Shown here: positions 58,201 to 64,000 of the stretch, one piece after another
How positions within the stretch are numbered: position 1 is the first letter of the stretch
Layout: each line of letters begins with the position of its first letter
Program-made: the position numbers and the translations under genes
NCBI GenBank assembly: GCA_963797095.1
Contig: CAWCNY010000006.1
Coordinates: forward strand, 352,001-416,000
Length of the DNA stretch: 64,000 bases
Reading direction: 5' to 3'
Origin: an uncultured Chloroflexia bacterium
GTDB lineage: Bacteria > Chloroflexota > Chloroflexia > QHBQ01 > JADMIH01
The notes under the pieces: model-generated
Told to the model about the DNA's origin: nothing
The model's database searches: none
Seen by the model: only the letters and a program-made list of their open reading frames with translations

Positions 58201-60102
58201 CCCACCTCAACAGGTACACCTCCCACCGGCACACCCACCGCCACCCCAACGTTCACTCCCTCTGCCACCCCCACCCAGGACACATGCCACAACCCCGGCA
58301 CCTGGCAACCTGAGCCTACCATGACCACCGCGCGCGCTAAGGTGGCAGGCGCTGTTGCAAACGGCAAGCTCTACGTCATCAGCGGCCAGAACGATGACCC
58401 CGAATCCCCACAGGAAGTAGTCGAAGCCTATGACCCCGCCACAAACGCCTGGGCCACCGTATCCCCCATACCCGTTGCTGCGCGCGAGGCAGGCGCTGCC
58501 TCCGTTGGCGGCAAAATCTATGTGGCAGGCGGCTTGAGCACCAGCTTTGCGGTCCTGACCAACATGCAGATATACGATACCGTTACCGGTGCCTGGTCCC
58601 AGGGCGCTCCCCTCCCTGCTCCTCGTGCGGGCTCTGCCGTGGTCACCTACAACGATAAGGTCTATATCATCGGTGGCGAGCAAAGCTCAAGCATCTACCA
58701 GACCAATACCATGTGGGAATACGATCCCACCACCAACGGCTACACCACCAGGGCCCCTATGCCCATCCCCTCCACGGACCTCAAGGCAGCAGCCGTTGGC
58801 AGCCTGATATATGTGCTCGGTGGCGATGAAACATTCTTCCACTACGTCTACAACCCCGCCACCAACACCTGGTCCACCATCGCGCCGCCGCCGGTCCCCA
58901 ACTTCAGCCTGCCTGCCATTTTCGTGCTCAATGACGAAATATGGCTCCTTGCGGGTGGCTTCAGCTACGAGCGTCCATACCCACTGTCTCAAGAAGTGCT
59001 CATATATAGCCCCGCTCACAACACCTGGCGGTATGGCCCGCTACTCAACACCCCACGCTTCTATGGCCCTGCTGCTGGCACAATCGGCGACCGTGGCTAT
59101 CTTGTAGGCGGAGTCGACGCGAGCATACCCGGCGGTCCCGACTTCAACTATCTCAGCAGCATGGAATCTATTGCATACCTGCCCTGTGGCACTCCCGCCG
59201 CCACCGCCACCGCCACCTCCACCCCTATCTCTACATCAACATCTACCGCCACCGCCACTTCCCACTCTACATCTTCCCCTGTTGCTACCGGCACAGTAGA
59301 GCCAACCTCAACATTAGCACCTTCCGCGACCTCTACAGGCGAACCGGGCACACCCTCCCCCATCGTTACCACAACCTCCCCTCCAGGCGCGACACTTACG
59401 CCTACCGCCACTCCCCCAACCACCTTCACCATGACCGTTCCAACCTCCACTCCAACCAACTGCACCATACAGTTCACCGATGTTACCGAAGACAATACCT
59501 TCTACCCCAGCATCATCTGTTTGGCCTGTGGTGGCATCATCGACGGCTACACCAGCGGTTGTGAGACCGGAAACCCCTGCTTCAAGCCAGGTAACAACGT
59601 CACACGCGGACAGATATCCAAGATAGTATCCAACGCTGCCGGCTTCAACGACACCCCCACCGGCCAGACCTTCCAGGATGTGCCTCCCGGCTCCACTTTC
59701 TACGATTACATAGAGCGCCTCGCAGCCAGAGATGTTATGCAGGGCTACCCCTGCGGCGATCCCATCGAACCCTGCATCGGCCCCGATAATCGCCCCTACT
59801 TTCGTCCTAACGGCACAGCTACCAGAGGGCAGATATCCAAGATAGTATCGAATGCGGCAGGCTTCAACGACACCTCCACCGGCCAGGCCTTCCAGGATGT
59901 GCCCCTCAATTCCACCTTCTACGACTACATTGAGCGCCTATCCAGCCGTGGCATCATCAACGGCTACCCCTGCGGCGGTCCAGGCGAGCCATGCATCGGC
60001 CCCGATAATCGCCCCTACTTCCGCACCGGAGCATTGACCACCAGGGGCCAGGCCTCCAAGATAGTAGCGCTAGCCTTCTTCCCTGAATGTGGCACATCCT
60101 GA
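55234..60102 (+). CDS. Secreted surface protein: SBBP beta-propeller + Kelch + Thr/Pro linkers + SLH-like repeats
   Basis: Hydrophobic N-terminus; repeated YSTYLGG/DAFV; Kelch YVxGG..W; TPT linkers; three FxDV..I..GY..TRGQxSK repeats. Confidence 0.88.
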   Translation: MLALARAPFKLRQTARAAIIVVLLTAVMMLVTEGTFGPSGSLPTLSVVTGLPLSFEPNVGQVAAPAQFLVRQSNSSIFFTPSEVVLALAPGNPDRKARTTLGTLSSGDLDQSSRSPSTQLTTLTTLRMTFVDADSGSAINPSQRLPGKANYLKGNDPSAWHTNIPTYAGITYSGLYPGIDLSYSGSGGHLKGTYYLASGADPSLVRWRYDGAQNTTIDNDGNLVITLDTRSTSSKIRNPKPQIIEVAPTAWQQIDGNHVPVNSAYQLAKDGTIAFRLGKYDHTEPLIIDPTLVYSSYLGGYYEDGAREIQLDSEGNLYITGYSFSPDYPTTPGSYQWSLGSAFAEDAFVTKLTPDGSAIIYSTFIGGTFSERAEALAVDSEGNAYITGWTSSNDYPVYHAFQPTCQCTPEDGFVSKLNHDGSALVYSTFLGGQAGDDGFAIAVSGAGNAYVTGRTSAPDFPVTANAYQPELDCSNSCGADAFVTEFTTDGTGLVYSTYLGGDFAPGRVGNELGFGIAVDAAGRIYAIGVTTSADFPVTSNAYQTFWGGNDDAFISKFDVSLAPQQQLLYSTYFGGVFFDDGFGITVSDPDIIYVTGHTDSSSGFPITSGAVQQTIGGGLDAFASKLDTNQSGSASLLYSTYLGGSSDDIMGNIIPALTSNIVPDLSGNAYLSGRTFSTDFPIADPIQPTNHGVEDVFVTALNPSASALVFSTYLGGTDDENGNALTIDAVGNIFLAGSTQSTDFPVANPLQPSSAGDIDAFVARVFNNLFTPVPTYTPIPTSTGTAPTATPTICTPQNNYSVRMETGATLVPGTTDIGMHCDDCVTSLPLPFPVTLYDQTATSINVSANGNLQFLSADPGPGTDSCFPQPSFNYVIVPFLADLNVTNGGIYTSLDGVAPFRIFTIEWRGCQYNPSNYQCTIPIDLEVRLYENSPERQIDFIYDQVSDYGVVGIQKGTGQLYKLYNCFSTGNLYQGVKVTLLLPTCSTPFPTSTGTPPTGTPTATPTFTPSATPTQDTCHNPGTWQPEPTMTTARAKVAGAVANGKLYVISGQNDDPESPQEVVEAYDPATNAWATVSPIPVAAREAGAASVGGKIYVAGGLSTSFAVLTNMQIYDTVTGAWSQGAPLPAPRAGSAVVTYNDKVYIIGGEQSSSIYQTNTMWEYDPTTNGYTTRAPMPIPSTDLKAAAVGSLIYVLGGDETFFHYVYNPATNTWSTIAPPPVPNFSLPAIFVLNDEIWLLAGGFSYERPYPLSQEVLIYSPAHNTWRYGPLLNTPRFYGPAAGTIGDRGYLVGGVDASIPGGPDFNYLSSMESIAYLPCGTPAATATATSTPISTSTSTATATSHSTSSPVATGTVEPTSTLAPSATSTGEPGTPSPIVTTTSPPGATLTPTATPPTTFTMTVPTSTPTNCTIQFTDVTEDNTFYPSIICLACGGIIDGYTSGCETGNPCFKPGNNVTRGQISKIVSNAAGFNDTPTGQTFQDVPPGSTFYDYIERLAARDVMQGYPCGDPIEPCIGPDNRPYFRPNGTATRGQISKIVSNAAGFNDTSTGQAFQDVPLNSTFYDYIERLSSRGIINGYPCGGPGEPCIGPDNRPYFRTGALTTRGQASKIVALAFFPECGTS

Positions 60103-60127
60103 GCGCAGCCGCGCCAGGAATAACAAC

Positions 60128-60161
60128 TGTGGGCCTCCAATGTAAGTGTTGGAGGCCCACA
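60128..60161. terminator. Perfect 13-bp hairpin after the surface protein gene
   Basis: TGTGGGCCTCCAA-N8-TTGGAGGCCCACA; weak U-tract. Confidence 0.6.
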
Positions 60162-60340
60162 ATACTCAAGCTGATTAGCACTGAGGATTACGTGTCGGGT
60201 CTGAACCCTGAACATACAAGGTTCATGGCTCGAAAAATGCTGATGCTCTTGTTGTGGGCTAACCCATTGCTGGCATCAACTTTCCGTTGCCATAAGTGGC
60301 CCTTTCAGCGTTCATTTCAAGCACAAAAACAAGGAAGAAT

Positions 60341-61324
60341 ATGGCAAATGCCGAGCCAACAACAGTAGAGCGCGCCCTACCATCCTCAGACTCATCGTCC
60401 GAAGATTACGCTGTAACCATACAACACCTGGCTAAAACATATGGCCTTGTCAAAGCGGTTCAAGACCTTAGCCTGGAGATCATAAGGGGCGAGATTTTCG
60501 CCCTTCTTGGCCCCAACGGCGCGGGCAAGACCACTACAATAGAAATCCTCGAAGGCTATCGCAAGACCGACTCCGGCGCTGTTCGTGTCCTCGGCCTCGA
60601 TCCCCAAAATAATGCCGACCTGACAAAACTTAAGGAGCGCCTGGGTGTCATGCTCCAACAGTCCAGCATCTACCCCTCTATACGGGTAGGCGAGGCGATC
60701 AACCTCTTTGCCAGCTACTACGACCACCCCACCGACACAAACGAACTCCTCCGGCTAGTTGGCCTGGACGACCGCACCCATGCCTTCTTCAAGGAATTGT
60801 CAGGTGGTCAGAAGCAGCGTCTGGGGCTTGCCCTCGCTCTCGTCGGCAATCCCGACATCGTCTTTCTGGATGAGCCTACTGGTGCTATGGACCCCCAGGC
60901 ACGCCGCCAGACCTGGGATATCATCATTGGCCTGAAAGAGCGAGGTGTTACCGTGCTCCTTACCACCCACCAGATGGAGGAGGCGCAGCACCTGGCCGAC
61001 CGCGTAGCCATCATCGACCACGGCGCGCTGGTGGTCCTCGATAGTCCCTCTGCCCTCTCCCGGCACATCGGCTCGGACGAGGTGACCTTCCAGGCACAAC
61101 CGGGCCTTCCCATATCCGAGATTGCTGCGCTGGATGGCGCGCAATCGGCAGAGGAAGGCCCTCCAGGTCATTATCGTATAGCTGCCGCCAACACCGACAA
61201 ACTGATTATGTCCCTCATGCTTTGGGCCAACGCCCGCGATTTGCAGCCCACCGACATAAAAATAGAACGTGCCAGCCTCGAGGATGTTTTCCTAACGCTG
61301 ACAGGTGACGAGGTTAGAGATTGA
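60341..61324 (+). CDS. ABC-2 exporter ATP-binding subunit
   Basis: GPNGAGKTT, LSGGQKQR, LDEPT, TTH. Confidence 0.95.
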   Translation: MANAEPTTVERALPSSDSSSEDYAVTIQHLAKTYGLVKAVQDLSLEIIRGEIFALLGPNGAGKTTTIEILEGYRKTDSGAVRVLGLDPQNNADLTKLKERLGVMLQQSSIYPSIRVGEAINLFASYYDHPTDTNELLRLVGLDDRTHAFFKELSGGQKQRLGLALALVGNPDIVFLDEPTGAMDPQARRQTWDIIIGLKERGVTVLLTTHQMEEAQHLADRVAIIDHGALVVLDSPSALSRHIGSDEVTFQAQPGLPISEIAALDGAQSAEEGPPGHYRIAAANTDKLIMSLMLWANARDLQPTDIKIERASLEDVFLTLTGDEVRD

Positions 61325-62067
61325 TGAAGACCGGAGCGCTCCTTGCACAACTAAATATCGAAACCCGCATGATGTTTCGCCGCCGCGAAGTAGTCTTTTT
61401 TAGCATCCTACTTCCTGCCATGTTCATGCTTCTCTTCGGCAGTATTTTCGGCAATATTGTGGATGACAACGGCGTGAAAGTAATCAACTACCTCCTCCCG
61501 GGCTACGTGGTGCTCGCCGTCATGTCGGTGGCGCTCGTATCACTCGGCATCACGATGGCTAACGAGCGGCAATATGGAATCCTGAAGCGGTTGGGGGCCA
61601 CGCCCCTTCCCCGCCCACTGTTGCTGCTGGGCAAAATGGGGGCGGCCACCGTCGTAGTAATCGCTGCTGTGGTCATGCTGCTGGTACTTGGCCTCGGCTT
61701 CTATGGAGCCACCATCACGGGCGACCCCATAGAGATCGCCCTGGTGATTTTGCTCGGCATCGTGATCTTTTCAGTGATGGGCCTTGCCGTGGCCGGGTTG
61801 GTCAAAGGGGAGGCCGCTCCCGCTGCCCTCAACGCCATCTATATGCCGTTACTCTTCCTGGGTGGTGCGCTCCTACCCCTCAGTCAGATGCCTGACTGGC
61901 TCCAAAACATCGCCAAAGTGCTTCCCTCGTACCACTTCACCAACGCCCTTTACGAGATCATGGCACAGAACAAGCACTTGCCCGATGTTTGGCTCAACCT
62001 GCTCGGCATGTTGGTCTGGGGCCTGGCTTCCTTCATTTTGGCCGTGCGCACGTTCAAGTGGGAATAG
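61324..62067 (+). CDS. ABC-2 exporter permease
   Basis: About six hydrophobic segments, ERQYGILKRL..TP, MPDWLQ. Confidence 0.93.
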   Translation: MKTGALLAQLNIETRMMFRRREVVFFSILLPAMFMLLFGSIFGNIVDDNGVKVINYLLPGYVVLAVMSVALVSLGITMANERQYGILKRLGATPLPRPLLLLGKMGAATVVVIAAVVMLLVLGLGFYGATITGDPIEIALVILLGIVIFSVMGLAVAGLVKGEAAPAALNAIYMPLLFLGGALLPLSQMPDWLQNIAKVLPSYHFTNALYEIMAQNKHLPDVWLNLLGMLVWGLASFILAVRTFKWE

Positions 62068-62119
62068 AACTTACGGCGACTGCTGGCTAGCAGTCGCCGT
62101 ACCGGTTGTTATCTCTTAC

Positions 62120-62317
62120 TTACCTTTGGCCGCCGGGTTGTGCGCCGAACCAACTCCACACAGCCTCCGAGTCATCCTTCGACCACCCGTAGCTGTCTGT
62201 CAGTTGGTCCCATTCGTCCCTATCCTCTTCGTCGAACTGCCGTTCCAGCTCCTGCAATTGTGTCTCTGTAATATCTTCGAGCACCGCCGGTCTGCTCATA
62301 TCGCTGCTTTGATCCAT
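62120..62317 (-). CDS. Small acidic hypothetical protein
   Basis: GGAGG RBS; 65 aa, D/E/W-rich. Confidence 0.6.
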   Translation of the reverse strand: MDQSSDMSRPAVLEDITETQLQELERQFDEEDRDEWDQLTDSYGWSKDDSEAVWSWFGAQPGGQR

Positions 62318-62433
62318 GATTGTCCTCCAATAGTCAATGGTTGATCCTGTTGGTGACCACTGATACCCAGCCTATTTTAAGCCACCAGCATATTATGCAA
62401 CATATGTGCCAGCCGGCGATACTCTCCGCATAT

Positions 62434-62928
62434 TCACGCCGTGGGAGGCGGGCCAAGCGTTTCGGTTCCATATGCCATCAAACTGGCCACTATAGCTGCA
62501 ACATCGGGTGGGCCTTCCGGTGGTGGGGGTAGCGTAAGCGACTCGGCGGGTACGCCCGTCTCGAAGAACCACCTGTCCAGCCCGGCAGGTGTACCGATGC
62601 CGAACCAGCGGGCGGTCTCCGATTTCACCTGGAATGTGTGAGGCGTGTTGCGTGGAATATAAGCATAAGTGCCGGAGCCTGCCTCGATCTTCTTCTCACC
62701 TATTGTAAAGATGATCTCGCCCTCAAGCACGTACCATATTTCATCCTCGCGTGAGTGCGAATGCAACGGCACCGCCATATGCTCGTCGGCCAGTCCTTCC
62801 AGCGCCCAGAACTGCTCCCCCGTTTCCTCACCCAGCGCCTTGAAAACCAGCAGTGCCCCCAGGTGCCAGAGTGCCCTGCCCTGTCCTACCGCCAACGTGG
62901 ACGGCTGTGGCTCAGTTACCCTACTCAT
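62434..62928 (-). CDS. Cupin (quercetin dioxygenase-like)
   Basis: PLHSHSREDEIWYVLEG, PRNTPH; AAGGAGG RBS. Confidence 0.9.
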   Translation of the reverse strand: MSRVTEPQPSTLAVGQGRALWHLGALLVFKALGEETGEQFWALEGLADEHMAVPLHSHSREDEIWYVLEGEIIFTIGEKKIEAGSGTYAYIPRNTPHTFQVKSETARWFGIGTPAGLDRWFFETGVPAESLTLPPPPEGPPDVAAIVASLMAYGTETLGPPPTA

Positions 62929-62995
62929 CTCAGTACCTCCTTTTAGTGATTGTTGGTTACCTGAGACAATCCTAGCTCACAACCCCCACCCCGGC

Positions 62996-63013
62996 ATCGG
63001 GGACATCCCCTAT
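62996..63013. promoter_or_regulatory. Candidate operator ATCGGGGA-CA-TCCCCTAT upstream of the cupin
   Basis: 7/8 palindrome at the -35 position of a minus-strand TAGGAT -10. Confidence 0.5.
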
Positions 63014-63147
63014 ACCACCCCCTTACCTGAGAATTGCTAAAGCCACGCCCATTTATGTGGATGAGCATGCATCGGTGCAAATCCGTAGAAGCTGCTGGCG
63101 TTTACGCCATGCGGAGTCATCACTTCTCCGAATCCCCATAACCTCCC

Positions 63148-63196
63148 CCGACTACCAATTACCGACCACCACTCGTCACTCGTCACTCGTCACTCG
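63148..63196. repeat. Seven in-phase heptamers (CCGACTA variants, then TCACTCG)
   Basis: Read directly; contains the LuxR gene stop. Confidence 0.85.
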
Positions 63197-64000
63197 CCCA
63201 TCCCCCAATCGCCATCGCCACAGCCTCAGCGCGACTCTTCGCCCCCAGTTTGCTCAACACCTGGCTGATATGGTGCTCCGCCGTCTTTGCGCTGATGAAC
63301 AGCCGCTCGGCAATCTCGCGGTTTGACAGCCCGCGTGCTACCAGAGCTAGCACTTCCTTTTCCCGCTGGGTGAGTTGTCCCCCACTCGTCTGTCTTCTCG
63401 CCCCGGTCCGGGCAGAAATCCCAAGCTCTCTGAGCAAACCTGCCGCTTCATTAGCGTCGTGTGTTGCACCCAGCCGCTCGAAGGATGCCAGCGCAGCCCT
63501 CGCCCAAGTTATGGCCCCCGGTCGATCGCTATCTCTCAGCAACCGCGCCATCTCCAGCCTGGCCCTGCTTGACAGCAGCGATTGCTCATAGGCGCGTAAT
63601 CTGTCGAGTGCCGACTGAAAATAATCAGCCGCTCCCGGTTCGCCCAGCATCCGCCTGACCTGCCCTTCCGCGAGGTCTGCCTGCGCCAGCAACAGGTCGC
63701 TGCGGGTCTCCCCTGCCAGTTTGCTCAATTGGTGGGCCGCCTCGTGTGCTCCTTCTACATCATTCAGAGCAGCCAGCACCTCTACCAGCAGCAGTAACAA
63801 TGGTGCCTCGTAAAGATTGGACGATCCATCCGCTCGTAATGCCTGCTCCAGCGTTGCACGCGCCATTTCATTCTCGCCTCGCATCATATAGAGACGCGCA
63901 AGCGGCAGCACAGCCCCACCCTGGTCTTCGTATCCTGACAAAAGCGCTTCTGCTTCCTCCAGCCTGCCCTGGCAAACCCGCAGGTCCGCCAGTTTCAACA
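63183..64000 (-). CDS. LuxR-family HTH regulator with TPR-like region, partial (5' end outside window)
   Basis: LTQREKEVL..GLSNREIAERLFISAKTAEHH..KLG. Confidence 0.92.
   Translation of the reverse strand, partial: LKLADLRVCQGRLEEAEALLSGYEDQGGAVLPLARLYMMRGENEMARATLEQALRADGSSNLYEAPLLLLLVEVLAALNDVEGAHEAAHQLSKLAGETRSDLLLAQADLAEGQVRRMLGEPGAADYFQSALDRLRAYEQSLLSSRARLEMARLLRDSDRPGAITWARAALASFERLGATHDANEAAGLLRELGISARTGARRQTSGGQLTQREKEVLALVARGLSNREIAERLFISAKTAEHHISQVLSKLGAKSRAEAVAMAIGGWASDE

Overview
GC-rich bacterial chromosomal window, most likely Chloroflexota (inferred from a T-box, GAAC-N4-GTTC SOS boxes, STAND/cyclase paralogues and a surface protein with Cys-rich SLH-like repeats). From left to right: a partial DinB-like gene, a complete IS with perfect terminal inverted repeats, three tandem DinB paralogues, uvrA, a frameshifted vapC with its antitoxin, several accessory enzymes, two GT9 glycosyltransferases, prmA, a nucleotidyltransferase and glpD. 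Next is a 16-gene aromatic amino acid supercluster: trpEGDCFBA under a Trp T-box, then aroH-aroF-tyrA-aroA-aroE-aroC-aroK-aroB-aroQ with its own promoter. It is followed by a cyclic-nucleotide/redox signalling cluster, xylB, an SOS-boxed hydrolase, an XRE-STAND regulator facing a 1622-aa surface protein, an ABC-2 exporter, a cupin and a partial LuxR gene. The best finding is a 56-codon leader peptide missing from the ORF track (run YYYWWYY, no Phe) with antiterminator and terminator, forming a dual Tyr/Trp attenuator for the whole shikimate/tyrA operon. Also notable are dispersed 7-bp tandem repeats that supply stop codons and in-frame insertions, and a three-copy composite G-rich repeat. No rRNA, tRNA or CRISPR was seen. 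Novelty could not be checked against databases.
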